A DNA stretch of 64,000 bases from Pecten maximus (Eukaryota). The DNA is taken from NCBI RefSeq assembly GCF_902652985.1, contig NC_047024.1, forward strand, positions 26,474,001 through 26,538,000, given 5' to 3'. This document shows, in pieces, positions 51,058-63,794 of the stretch; positions within the stretch are counted from its first letter, which is position 1; each line of letters begins with the position of its first letter. Below the pieces are notes generated by a model. The model searched no databases. It was not told the origin of the DNA and saw nothing but the letters and a program-made list of their open reading frames with translations. The translations under genes were made by a program, and so were the position numbers.

Positions 51058-52460
51058 GATCGTTATGATAGCTCGTTCCGAAGATGATGTTATGCCGTAC
51101 GTGACTACGATCGGCGTAATCTGCACATGGTCCATACAGATGTATCTCCGAAAATACGCTGTACTGTCGGCATATCATGCTCGTATATAAATCGCATTCG
51201 GTCATATTTTACAACATTGGTGTCATAAGTAAACGAGTATTATCTAAGCAGTGCCTTTACAACGATTCACCGTGTGGCAAACGTAGTATATATTTATTTA
51301 CAGTCACACGTCGAAGAGTCTAGCACGGTCAGTGATACTGTTAAATACTTACCAATGTTAACGAATCCGTTCGATTTTATCACGCGTTGTTGTGTTTCGG
51401 ATGTCAGTATGAATGGTAACGTTGACGGGGATCAGTGATCGAGGGATACGCTGGCAGATATAATTACTGAAATTAGTGACCATATGATGAGCGAAGGAGG
51501 TCCTGGGTACATCCCCTACATCAGATTATTGTGTTCCTTATCGGAACTCTCCGAAGCAAAGTCCTTTTCCTTGTACCTTGTGGTGATGTAATTCAGCATA
51601 AAGGGGGTGAGGCGGAGATTCCCTTCCAAATTCAGTTAGGTAGTAGTGAGTGAGGAGAAAGTTTCTGTCCATGATTGCCGCGGAAGTAGATACGACACGA
51701 ACGGAGGGAGGTTAGTTCCTTTAAGTGTTGGACAGCTCAAAGGTCCCGAGTTTAGTCACGGGTGCCGTTGTTTACCGGTCGGCTGAAGCACTGGTCGGTT
51801 GAATGGTGGGCACCGGCCTGTGAGTCTCATCCACATGCGAACTTATGTGGGGATAGAAGTGTATTTGGAGAGTGTAATGCTCCCTCGGAGGAAATAATGC
51901 GGCTTTTGGAGAACCGGCTGTGACCAATGAGATATCGTAGGATGACCTGAATCTTTCCGCCTCGTGAAACAAGCGTCTTTGTTTTGTCCCTCATGGTTGT
52001 GTCAACAGTCCATATTCTTCGGGATTCTCTGATACTAACGGATGGTAGAGGACGGAACGGGCAATTGAAGGAGAACAATGGCAAGGAGGAAAGTTTCATT
52101 GGGATCGTTGACATAGTCTGCTGGGTGTGCGGAGCTGTGGCCGAAGGTATTGGACGAGTCTTCAGTTCCGAAAGAAGGTTCTACGTTTCTGATGTTGGAG
52201 TTTGACCTCATCGCTCTGGTTCAGATGCAGTTTCATATATTATTGATAGGATCACATTCCAATATCAAAACGGAGAGGAGTGCTGTGAATGTTCTTTTCT
52301 AAAGGAGGTGTTTATGATAGCTCGTCCCCAAGGTGATGATCGGCGACTACGCTCGGTGTAGTCTACACATGATCAAGCTTGTTTATGGACGTTTTACATG
52401 GCTGCGCTAGCGTGATCGTAGAACAAACTAACCATTATATATACGTATCGTATTCGGTCC
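51058..52460. mobile_element. Possible decayed LTR-like element (diverged direct repeats around ~1.1 kb of GC-richer DNA)
   Basis: TTATGATAGCTCGT...GATGAT...GACTACGxTCGGxGTAxTCTxCACATG...ATCGxATTCGGTC occurs at ~51063-51203 and ~52312-52459. Confidence 0.4.
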
Positions 52461-52977
52461 TCCTTCACAAGAATTTGTATACGAATTCGGATATGTAGTT
52501 AACCAATATCTTTCTTTTATATTTGATATATAGATGTCTTAATCCGTTTATGAAAATCATGTTGCTGTGAATGTATGTTAAAGGGCTATAATGTCAGATA
52601 ATGTTATCGGGAATAAGTAGCACCTAATTTTCTGAGCTGTTTATAAGTTTGTTGTTTATGATTGACGTCTGTCGTCATGGAAAATATAAATATAATAACA
52701 CTGTGTACACAAATCACAAATTACCTAAGCTCCGAAAAATATATAAAGTCAAAAATGTCTTTACATTTTAACAGTATATTGTGCGCATCCCTTTCACTTG
52801 TCACTCAGTACACTCATTAACGGGCGTATGATAGTCTTGGTAAGATAACATTCGTATATGTGTCAAAAAAATATTTGTAATTGTTTTTGTAAACTTCTGC
52901 AGTTTAATTCATTTTCGCTCTTCTGTATGAAACTCTAAATTCGTTTTTAAAGGTGTCAATACCTTGTGTGTCTTTTG

Positions 52978-53672
52978 TACAATAATCTGAGATTACAGGC
53001 AGTATACACTACCAGTGGTCCTGAATGTTCGCTGTAACCTGTAAGCCACGCCTGTATTGATATGTACAATAATCTGAGATTACAGGCAGTATACACTACC
53101 AGTGGTCCTGAATGTTCGCTGTAACCTGTAAGCCACGCCTGTATTGATATGTACAATGATATGATATTACAGGCAGTATACACTACCAGTGGTCCTGAAG
53201 GTTCGCTGTAACCTGTAAGCCACGCCTGTATTGATTTGTACAATAATATGAGATTACAGGCAGTATACACTACCAGTGGTCCTGAATGTTCGCTGTAACC
53301 TGTAAGCCACGCCTGTATTGATTTGTACAATAATCTGACATTACAGGCAGTATACACTACCAGTGGTCCTGAATGTTCGCTGTAACCTGTAAGCCACGCC
53401 TGTATTGATTTTCACAATAATATGAGATTACAGGCAGTATACACTACCAGTGGTCCTGAATGTTCGCTGTAACCTGTAAGCCACGCCTGTATTGATTTGT
53501 ACAATGATATGATATTACAGGCAGTATACACTACCAGTGGTCCTGAATGTTCGCTGTAACCTGTAAGCCACGCCTGTATTGATTTGTACAATGATATGAT
53601 ATTACAGGCAGTATACACTACCAGTGGTCCTGAAGGTTCGCTGTAACCTGTAAGCCACGCCTGTATTGATTT
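52978..53672. repeat. Minisatellite, 87-bp unit x8
   Basis: Near-identical units giving a 29-aa periodic ORF on the - strand. Confidence 0.96.
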
Positions 53673-53820
53673 GAATAGCGACTCGGTTTAGAATATACAC
53701 ATGTACGTTTGAAATCAAATATGAAAATAATGACAATTATTGAATTATCGGGCTATTGTACCTCATCATGTAGATTTTTACATTTTCCCTGTCCATATGG
53801 TATCAATACATTAGGCTCCT

Positions 53821-53870
53821 AGTATCGCTGAAAAGTCCTAGAAGGACGAAACAGATGTACATTGTATGCT
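53821..53870 (+). ncRNA. Degenerate hammerhead-ribozyme-like motif (probably inactive)
   Basis: CTGAAAA-GTCC-tagaa-GGAC-GAAAC-agat-GTA; stem II identical to the 50339 copy; G8 is A. Confidence 0.45.
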
Positions 53871-54861
53871 TCAGTTATATTCATTTTTGACTCTACCGTA
53901 TCTAGCTCTAAATGAGTATTAAAGGTGCTATTTTGCGATCAAATATTGACATAAAGATAAATTTCTAGCGGAAATATTTACACTGACTAGGCGTAACTTC
54001 TGAATTTTGAAAATATTTATGGAATGATTTTTGATTAGCTCATTATTTCTGTGATCAAATCTTACTCACGTGTGTGCTGATTACATCTAGTTAAGGGCCA
54101 CAAAATATTGACAATTGACGGTTTTTGCATTATGCACGATCTTCTGTCACCTGTCTGATATGGACGCAGCTCAAATAACTGAATACTGAAACCATTGTAC
54201 TAATGTCAAGCCTTCTAGGATATGATGCTCGATATCGTAGCGATTGCCATTGTATTGTGTTGGGCAAACTAATGAATAGTGTACAGTGTATGTTTTAATC
54301 ATTGCCGGAAAGGCACACCTGACATAGTACATGTATCGTTATTTCTAGTGTATTGTCCGCGACAGTAGATTATCCGCACATTTTATATTGTATAATCTAT
54401 AATTTAAAGTCTGCAGATAGCCCGCTCCGCGGCATTGTCCGCGAGTTATCTGCTGCGTATTGAATAATTAAGTTCACTATCGGTGGAATACCCTGCTGTT
54501 TGTATTGCTTTTACATAAAAGTATTTACTTGAAATGTCCACCCACAGGTAAATGTATAATTCATATTTCGAATGTGAATAACATTGTCGGCATCTGAGAG
54601 TACACAAGAAAAAACCAAAAGTTCACTTGGATCTGCCAAGTATTGCTTGTCAGACTGCCAGTTTCATAAAATAGCCCGAAGAAGGAATTTAAATACTTTC
54701 AATAGTATAAAGCCCGCGGACAATATACAGGAAATTGCGGTTTAGATATTCCGTTGTTGTCTTGAAATAACTATCTAAACTGCGGTAGATCTGTCGGTAG
54801 CTTATCGTAAATGTAACCTAGGCAATGATCTGAGAGGTGAGGTTTAAATCCTACTAAGGCA

Positions 54862-54896
<35 letters not shown>

Positions 54897-55194
54897 AATA
54901 GAACAACAACTTACTTACACAATTCCTATCCTAACTCAATCTTTATTATATGCGAGTAAAATATCAACAAAATATAAATTTACTGGAATATCTTGGAAAA
55001 TGTAATGATATCACATGTTCTTGACGGGTAAGCATCTTCTGCAAAACAATAAGCACTCAACATGCAGTCAATGTCACCGTATTATCATCTGTTCCCATAA
55101 TGGAAACCAGGGTGGTAATAACGGAACCACTAGTTATACATCAACGGGCACAACACTGAGAAAATGAGGATAACGGAACAGCCAGTCATATCAA

Positions 55195-55443
55195 CGAACA
55201 TAGAACCAGACTGGTGACATCGCAACAACTTGTCATAGCAACGGACATAGAACCAGACTGGTGATATCACACTAACTTGTCATAGCAACGGACATAGAAC
55301 CAGACTGGTGATATCACACTAACTTGTCATAGCAACGAACATAGAACCAGACTGGTGATATCGCACTTACTTGTCATAGCAACGAACATAGAACCAGACT
55401 GGTGATATCGCACTTACTTGTCATAGCAACGGACATAGAACCA
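55195..55443. repeat. 47-bp tandem repeat x5
   Basis: CATAGAACCAGACTGGTGATATC...GTCATAGCAACG units. Confidence 0.92.
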
Positions 55444-55773
55444 GGAATGTGATCAAGGAACCACCAGTTGTAATAAAGGGCATACAATCGGAATGGTAAT
55501 AAAGGAACCACCAGTCATATCAACGGACACAGTCTTCGATCAGGAACGTATATATAGTTATACTATAACAGAACAAAGGGAATTATGAAAATATGAATGA
55601 AGTACATCGTCTAGAATATGAAATAATTGTTTGGTGCAGTTTAATTCATTTTTTTCTGTATTTTATATAATTCTCAAATTGTTTTGGGAATATGCTAATA
55701 TCTTGTGTGGCTTCTGTACACTCTTATACAGAATCAAACAAACTTAAATATATCTTGTTATTGTATATTTTAG

Positions 55774-55870
55774 ATGTTTGGTCATATCCGGATCTCGACA
55801 CTGCGATGCACAACAGCACTGATATGTCTCTTCATAGTCAACTTCATAAATTTCAGCCTTGGATTATCAG
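55774..55870 (+). CDS. CTLD-PAN-mucin gene, first coding exon (signal peptide)
   Basis: TTTTAG|ATG, MFGHIRISTLRCTTALICLFIVNFINFSLGLS, phase-1 donor CAG|GTAGGT. Confidence 0.72.
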
Positions 55871-56425
55871 GTAGGTCTTGATTCGGTCAGGTATGGACAT
55901 TAATGGAGGTCAATAGGTCTTTACAAGAGATTAAGGGCATTTTTTAATCAAGCGTCATTCTGAAGAATCAGATGTCAAAATTAGAAACATTTTCTATTAT
56001 CAAACGTGATTATGAAGAAGAGATAAAAGATATGGAAACTATGTCGAAAACAAATTGAGTTAATTTAATAAACGAAGTGGTCTAGGTTTATATAACCAGT
56101 TGTTAACCGAAGTACATGCCATCGTCAATGGAACGCACACTCATTGTTCTAATAATTGATATCTTATTTAACTGGTGTATGAGACGTAAATGTCATAAAC
56201 TTCTATTTTAAAAGCTTATTAAGAATAAATAACAATCTTTTTGTGGTATTGAATTGAGGTCAATCGCGAATATGGATAATGTGAATATATTGAATACAAC
56301 GTCCTAATCTGTGTAGATACAAAATACACGTAAAATACACTATCCACAGCTACAACTATGAAATGGTCAAGAAAAGCTTCGGGAACTGTTTGCTTTTAAA
56401 AAGTATGTTGTATAATGTTTTTTAG

Positions 56426-56600
56426 AAAACGAATGGTGTCGGTACAAATTTTACACAGTTCCGAGGAATTGGCGAGACGCAAAGGCCATCTGTGAACTGG
56501 AAAATAAGACGTTGGCGCACATCACGAATCAGGTTCAACACAACTTTCTTTCGTCATACATCAGGAAAACATTACCTCAAATGTACTTCGACGCACCGAG
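56426..56600 (+). CDS. CTLD-PAN-mucin gene, CTLD N-half exon
   Basis: NEWCRYKFYTVPRNWRDAKAICELENKTLAHITNQVQHNFL...; TTTTTTAG| acceptor, GAG|GTAATT donor; phase 1-2. Confidence 0.85.
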
Positions 56601-56999
56601 GTAATTCGGAACATCTACTTGATTACTTTTGCATCTACGTCTAGTTTCTTATTTCTGAGAGGGATTCGGAAAATTAATTTATTTTCACGTTCGATAATAA
56701 AGGCATTATATGAAAATATAAAAAAAACGCGAAAATTAAGTTATTAATGTGGGTGATACAGCACTGTTTTTGACGTGACAATGATATATATTTTCCCAGA
56801 CGGGAGAAAAACGCGATATACTTATTTTTAATTGATTATAGTCACTTACTACAGAAACCGTACTTTAACTTCAATATGGTAAAAAAAAAATATAAAAAAA
56901 TCGTAGACTGACATGTTGTCCAGTAGCGTCGTTTTACATGCAGTGCGGAGAATTGTGATATTACATATATTTACATTCAATCTCTTCTCACTGTCATCT

Positions 57000-58540
57000 T
57001 AAAAGTATGCATGACCTCAATCATGGCGATATTGGATGGCAGAAGGTTTTAAAGTGTGATGCTTCGGGGAAGGTGTTAGATGCGTTAGCAGTCGTGTGTA
57101 GGGGTTGCTGGTTCTTGTCTTTGTAACAATTGAATATGTGGAGTGGTAGCTGGGTCGCTGGTCGTGGGGGACTGCTACACTGTGGTGCATGAAGACGTTA
57201 TCTGTTAGTTTATATCTGTGTTCTAGTGTTGCTCATTTTCCTGTNNNNNNNNNNNNNNNNNNNNNNNNNNNNNNNNNNNNNNNNNNNNNNNNNNNNNNNN
57301 NNNNNNNNNNNNNNNNNNNNNNNNNNNNNNNNNNNNNNNNNNNNNNNNNNNNNNNNNNNNNNNNNNNNNNNNNNNNNNNNNNNNNNNNNNNNNNNNNNNN
57401 NNNNNNNNNNNNNNNNNNNNNNNNNNNNNNNNNNNNNGGTTTGCGGAGTACCCTGTACCTTTTTTATCGACTAAGTATGCACGGTCCTTGACTTGTTGAA
57501 GGCTGTGTTCAAGATTCCACATCAAAACAATGTTCATCTTGCTGTATTAGTTGTAAAGTTGACCGAAAATAATTTACTAGGCATTGAAAGACTCCTTCTA
57601 CTCTGATGTCATGCATCTGGTAGTTTTGTTTTTGTTTTTGTTTTTTGTTTTGTTTTTGTGGTATGCACGACGACGCATATATCGTGTGTTAAAATCGTTT
57701 TATAGGTTGAGCTGGTCCCCTTGCATGCTGATTGGTGTGTAAAGGTCGCTGACGAAGATAAAAATGGGGAAGGTCCTATGATAGATCCCTGTGGCATCCC
57801 TGTTGCATCTATTGCTGTTGCTTATCTGATAAAAAGTTGTTAATCCAATTTTGTGTTGTTCCTAGTATCCTATAATAGTGCCAAAGACATCCGAAAAGTC
57901 AAGTTGTGGCTGTTGTTGGTGCATCTGGTGATGTCGTCTACTGTAAGGAATAATTTGTTTCCACAAGAACGGTTTTTTTTAAAGCCGAGTTGGTTGTCTT
58001 GTGGTACGTCTGTCAGAATGTCACGTGTACAAGGGTAATGTGAGCGCAACTGGTCAGTAGTTTTCGGGTTTGGATCTGTCGCCTTTCTTTTGTATGGAAA
58101 CGCTGCAGTTTTTACTGCAGTATCAGTGGATTTTCTGAAACAGTTTGGTGAGTTTTGAGTTAATGCTGACTGTTTCTTTAAGAATGCCGATGGGCATTTG
58201 GTCTGGTAATAGTAAGTTTTCTGGGGTTGAGTTAGTCTGGTGCAATCCCTACTTCATAAACACTGATGGTGATGTTCACCACGGATTAGTATTCACTTTT
58301 CCATTTTTTCGGTATTGATATAGTATCCTCTGTCGTGAATACTGAGATGAATTATCTATTAAGTATGTTCGCCTTTTTTGTGTGTTGTGTTTCATATGAT
58401 GCCGTCTTCTTCAATAAGTCCTTAACTTTAATAAAATTTTAAAAGCGCTTTATATGTGTTGGCGCTGTATCTGACATGCTGTTGAGCTAGTTCCAGTATG
58501 CGTTGTTCCTGACTACTTTCCTAATGTCTTGGAAGGTCTC
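57000..58540 (-). pseudogene. Highly decayed intronic LINE relic
   Basis: MPQGSIIGP (RT PQGSxLGP motif) at ~57797 within a strand-biased stretch. Confidence 0.45.
57245..57437. other. Assembly gap (193 N)
   Basis: Run of N. Confidence 1.
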
Positions 58541-58888
58541 ATTGTCTTTGTCTTTTCCACTCTTATCGTGTGTGTGTGTGTGTGTGTGTGTGTGAGTGTG
58601 TATTCGTCAGTCTCGATATCTGGTCTGACCATTATTATTACTCCGTCTCCTATTTTGTTGATGATTTCACCTCTGTCACTCCTGTATATCCTATACTGAT
58701 GCTTTTCAGGTATATCAAGAGGCAGAAGTTCAGCCTTGCAGTTGGAATAACTCTATTTAGCAGTTATTGCAGCTGTAAGGCAACTTTAAATTATATGATA
58801 GACTTAAAATGATTGGTTGATTGTGCTCTATAAACTAATACATTTAATTACTGAAATTACAAGTATTTACAATTATATTAATTTACAG

Positions 58889-59103
58889 TTCCACTATGTG
58901 GCTAGGTCTATACAATCTCCAGGGGAGGAGCGCCCTCTGGCAGGACAACTGCCAATATCTAGATACTTCAGCTTATGAGCCTCCCGAATATATGGCAGAT
59001 TTCAATAGTGAATGGTGTTACATGCTAGACGGAGAAGATTTCAAGTACGATTCTGACCATTGTGATGCCACTAAGCCATTTATGTGCCAGGCGGAGACCG
59101 TGG
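58889..59103 (+). CDS. CTLD-PAN-mucin gene, CTLD C-half exon
   Basis: STMWLGLY...WQD...CYML...DHCDATKPFMCQ; TTTACAG| phase-2 acceptor matches the previous exon; G|GTATGT donor. Confidence 0.87.
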
Positions 59104-59314
59104 GTATGTGTACAACAGAGGAGTCCGATCTCGTCACTATTTTCCCATTTGTCCCATATAGCTTTATGTTACCTCACCAACAAATATTTGATTGAGAGTT
59201 ATACTGTTAAGCATATTAGCCTAATTAAGACTGAATTTTGACATTAGTTTTAGACATTGAATGATCAATATTTTGATATAATACTATGGTCGTTTTAACC
59301 GTTGTTTCCATTGA

Positions 59315-60790
59315 AGTCTGACATGTGTTTGTTATAAAAGTCTGACATGTGTTTGTTTTAAAGTCTGACCTGTGTTTGTTTTAAAGTATGACGTGTTTGT
59401 TATAAAGTCTGACATGTGTTTGTTTTAAAGTCTGACATGTGTTTGTTATAAAGTCTGACATGTGTTTGTTATAAAAGTCTGACATGTCTTTGTGTTATAG
59501 TCTGACATGTGTTTGTTTTAAAGCCTGACATGTGTTTGTTATGAAGTCTGACATGTATTTGTTATAAAGTCTGACGTGTGTTTGTTATAAAGTCTGGCAT
59601 GTCTTTGTGTAATAGTCTGACACGTGTTTGTTATAAAGTCTGACATGTGTTTTTGTTTAAGTCTGACATGTGTTTGTGTTAAAGTCTGACATGTGTTTTG
59701 TGTTATAGTCTGAAATGTGTTTGTTATAAAGTCTGACATGTGTTTGTTTTATAGTCTGACATGTGTTTGTTATAAAAGTCTGACATGTGTTTGTTATAAA
59801 GTCTGACATGTGTTTGTATTATAGTCTGACATGTGTTTGTGTTATAGTCAGACATGTGTTTTTGTTTAAGTCTGACATGTGTTTGTGTTATAGTCTGACA
59901 TGTGTTTGTTATAAAAGTCTGACATGTGTTTGTAATAAAGTCTGACATGTGTTTGTTATAAAGTCTGACATGTGTTTTTGTTTAAGCCTGACATGTGTTT
60001 GTTATAAAAGTCTGACATGTGTTTGTTATAAAGTCTGACATGTGTTTGTTATAAAGTCTGACATGTGTTTGTTATAAAAGTCTGACATGTCTTTGTGTTA
60101 TAGTCTGACATGTGTTTGTATTATAGTCTGACATGTGTTTGTGTTATAGTCTGACATGTGCTTGTATTATAGTCTGACATGTGTTTGTATTATAGTCTGT
60201 CATGTGTTTGTATTATAGTCAGACATGTGTTTTTGTTTAAGTCTAACATATGTTTGTGTTATAGTTTGACATGTGTTTGTTATAAAGTCTGACATGTGTT
60301 TGTTATAAAGTCTGACATGTGTTTTTGTTTAAGCCTGACATGTGTTTGTTATAAAAGTCTGGCATATGTTTGTTATAAAAGTCTGACATATGTTTGTTAT
60401 AAAGTCTGACATGTGTTTGTATTATAGTCTGACATGTGTTTGTGTTATAGTCAGACATGTGTTTTTGTTTAAGTCTGATATGTGTTTGTGTTATAGTCTG
60501 ACATGTGTTTGTTATAAAAGTCTGACATGTGTTTGTTATAAAGTCTGACATGTGTTTGTTATAAAAGTCTGACATGTGTTTGTTATAAAGTCTGACATGT
60601 GTTTGTGTTACAGTCTGACATGTGTTTGTGTTACAGTCTGACATGTGTTTTTATTATAGTCTGGTATGTATTAGTGCAAAAGTCTAAAGTGTTTGTATTA
60701 GAGTCGGACACTTGTTTGTGTTATAGCCTGGCAGGTTTTTGCTATAAAGTGTCTGACAATTGTTTGTGTTAAAGTCTGACATGTTTTTGT
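59315..60790. repeat. Intronic minisatellite, 23-25-bp unit (AAGTCTGACATGTGTTTGTTATA), ~1.5 kb
   Basis: Roughly 55-60 contiguous tandem units. Confidence 0.97.
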
Positions 60791-60826
60791 TCTAAAATCT
60801 GAAAGTAACTTATGTTGTAAACACAG

Positions 60827-61043
60827 ATACAAACACGTGTTATGAAGAAGCAACTGAAGTTTCCTACGCGGCGATCCAAGGCTCGCCATATTACCCCAAT
60901 GACCAACAATCCAGCTGGGTGTCACTCCTACTGTATGGGTTGTTGCTGTATCGGATTTAAACATGACCAAGCTAATGGACGCTGCAGTGTAATTAGATAT
61001 AATGCAGATGACAATTATGGACCGGCCTCAATCTACACAAGAG
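60827..61043 (+). CDS. CTLD-PAN-mucin gene, PAN/apple-like exon (apparent 1-bp frameshift)
   Basis: Acceptor ACACAG| gives DTNTCYEE...SPYY; the Cys pattern GCHSYCMGCCCIGFKHDQANGRCSV lies in the next frame; donor GAG|GTATGT. Confidence 0.62.
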
Positions 61044-61839
61044 GTATGTATATCAATGTGAAAGTGTTAATGATGAGTCCAACAATTGGTCAATTATCTT
61101 AGCATTAAACTGGATTTATCAAGATTTTTACTCTGTAAGTAATATTTACAGTTTGTGCCGTTATATGTTTTTTTAGCGCTGGAACAAGAATTACAGTCAT
61201 TAATGTTACAGTGTCACTTTCTGAGAAAATATGAAATTATGACATTGTTACCACTCTCGCGATCAGGGGCGACGTGTTTGAACACTAATTTGATATCTAC
61301 GTTCACAAGCTTACCTTCACATGCAAGAAAATGTGTTAACAAGTTTTGATTTGATTTTTGTTCGCTGAAGTAATCTATAAACAATCTCCAAATAATGTAA
61401 ACGAGTCTGTCTTGATTTTATTATATCAATCTTAAATCCATCGACTTAAAGATAACAGGAAATCATTTTGTTGCTCCAAAACGGCAGTCATGCATAAAAA
61501 GTACTAAGTGTTTTATAGCTTTATAAATGTGCCTCTTATAATTTTGATTTGTTTTTACAATTTTCTGGAAATATATTTCACATATTCTTCTATCTTAAAA
61601 TTAAAAAAAAAAAATTTCATTAATGTGATAATACATGTTGCTGAAATAAATGAAAATATATGAACTTAATTTAAAAAAAGAGCGCAGATATTGAAGTCAA
61701 CAGTAACCAGTTATTTACTTAGTAATCGCGATGCAATGGATTATTGTAAACGATGCCGAAATTCGCCAAATGTAGCCTATATTAATAGGGCAGACTACGG
61801 CGACTCCGTACTAATGATTTTACAATAAACAATTGGATA

Positions 61840-62250
61840 TATATATATATATATAACTTAGCAACACAAATTACGAAGGAAGACAACTTTTTGACTCGTG
61901 CCCTGACCGGACCTCGAACTCACGATCTACGGCACCCTCGCCTAGCCAGAAATACCCGCAGTGTTGGTGTTGGTGTTGTGTTGGTGATCCGAAGATATAG
62001 ATTTGAATTTCCTGTCGTAGTTGTACGGAGAGAAATATATATATATTTATATATGAAATAAAAAGTCAAACACAGATCTGCTGTCTCCCTAGTACTTTCG
62101 CGGCTACATCGTGCCGCTCTTCAGGGGATTATTCAATATAGCCGTGAAAGTACTAGGGAGACAGCAGATCTGTGTTTGACTTTTTATTTTATTATTATTT
62201 ACCGTCTCATGGACATTTCAACTTTATTCTATTTATATATATATATATAT
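61840..62250 (-). mobile_element. Penelope-type non-autonomous insertion: inverted pLTR-like repeat between (TA)n tracts
   Basis: 51-bp arms 62056-62106 and 62139-62189; hammerhead core; tRNA-like B box (rc GAGTTCGAGGTCC) at 61909-61921; (TA)n at ~61837, ~62035 and ~62233. Confidence 0.65.
62086..62128 (-). ncRNA. Minimal type I hammerhead ribozyme
   Basis: 5'-UCCC CUGAAGA GCGGC ACGAUGUA GCCGC GAAA GUAC UA^GGGA-3': complete core, stems I and II, palindromic stem III. Confidence 0.85.
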
Positions 62251-63095
62251 ATATCTTTTCTGATGCTTAGCTTTCAGCTTAAAGCTTTAAGTTATATTTC
62301 TTTAATTTCGTTGATGCAAACTAATAACAAAACAGGTTTGATGTGATAAATCTTCAAATCTTAAGTCTTTTACAGAGGAAATGTGACATATTACATACAT
62401 TTGTATATATATTATTCATGTTGTGATAAAATCAGATATTTTATTCGACAGTAAAAAGTTGTTTTTATATATTATTATAAGGAAAGAATGCTTGAAGCAA
62501 CAAGTTTAGCCTATAACAGAATCGGGGTGGTAAATTACCAAATCTATGCTAATTTACATATTCAGAGTTGTCGAAGTCGATCTCAAAGCTATTTCAATAA
62601 AACAATTGCGTTAAAATAATTACATATTTGGTATTTTATGTTGTTTTTATTTGAAGTAGTGTAATTATCTTATTAATGTTGTTAGAATGAATTAGATAAC
62701 CGCGTGATCGATAGATAGACCAAATGGAACCAGCATTGTACTACGTGTATACACCCCAGTCTGAGCTCTAGTAATACTTGTGTTAGAATGTACGCTGTGG
62801 TAAGAATCATGACCGAATCTTACTATGCACGTCTAAGAAACATATCAATTTTAAGATAAAGGACATATTTTTGAACATCTTATAATTATTGACAATAGAA
62901 ACTAACATATATTGAAGTATTTACCGATCCTTTTATAGCTAACATAGTACTGTTCAGTCAATAATCAGATATAAAGATATATTATGAAATAGAAGTTGAT
63001 AATTCAGATAATACAGAAATGGAATACTGTAGCACAGCATAGAACCCACGCAATTCACAAAGCATCAAGGCGATAAAATAAACCAAACAATAACC

Positions 63096-63142
<47 letters not shown>

Positions 63143-63472
63143 GGAGAGGGAGGGGGGGGGGGGGGAGCACAATACAACTGGACAGGAAAAAGAGCAACAC
63201 TAGAACACAGATAGAACACAGATATAAACTAACAGATAACGAGCAGGGGGCAGGGAAGGGTGGATGTCAATAGAATATTCCATACCAAATTAACTGCACA
63301 AGGTATGAACATTGAAGATATTGTAACAGATAAGGGATGTTGATATGGTAACCACGTTCTTGTATATTGTTGACGGAAACCATACCAGACCAACAAAAGT
63401 ATATATCTAAATATTAAGGAAAGGAATAATTTTTGATCACAATCACTGCGACAGTATTTCTTTGTTTTCAAG

Positions 63473-63694
63473 CCATATTGCAGACGCAGACAATAGAATC
63501 AAGACTGCTGAACACTGCTAAAAACATGGCGGAAATATGCCCCATGCCAACGTTGCCTAGCATACAATTAACGTCTGCCCCGGATCCGATTCCTACCACA
63601 AGTCTCATTCAACAGGCGATGCAATCTACTCAAGTGTACCTAAGTCCATCAACAACTGTTGAAGTTTCGACATACACCCCTAAGGTTCCACATG
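63473..63694 (+). CDS. CTLD-PAN-mucin gene, Ser/Thr/Pro-rich exon (gene continues beyond the window)
   Basis: Acceptor TTTGTTTTCAAG| (phase 1); ICPMPTLPSIQLTSAPDPIPTTS...SPSTTVEVSTYTP; donor ATG|GTAAGG. Confidence 0.72.
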
Positions 63695-63794
63695 GTAAGG
63701 AACTCAAACTTAATCAACCTGGGAACACTCAAGTACCCTCTATATTACAGTTAGTTACATGTTTACAACCCTATTGTTATCTTCCGGGAAATTT

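Noticed and set aside
52956-53618. 29-aa repeat-protein ORFs (also ORFs at 20976-21804 and 59539-60644)
   Set aside because: By-products of minisatellites; interrupted by stops and lacking splice or gene context.
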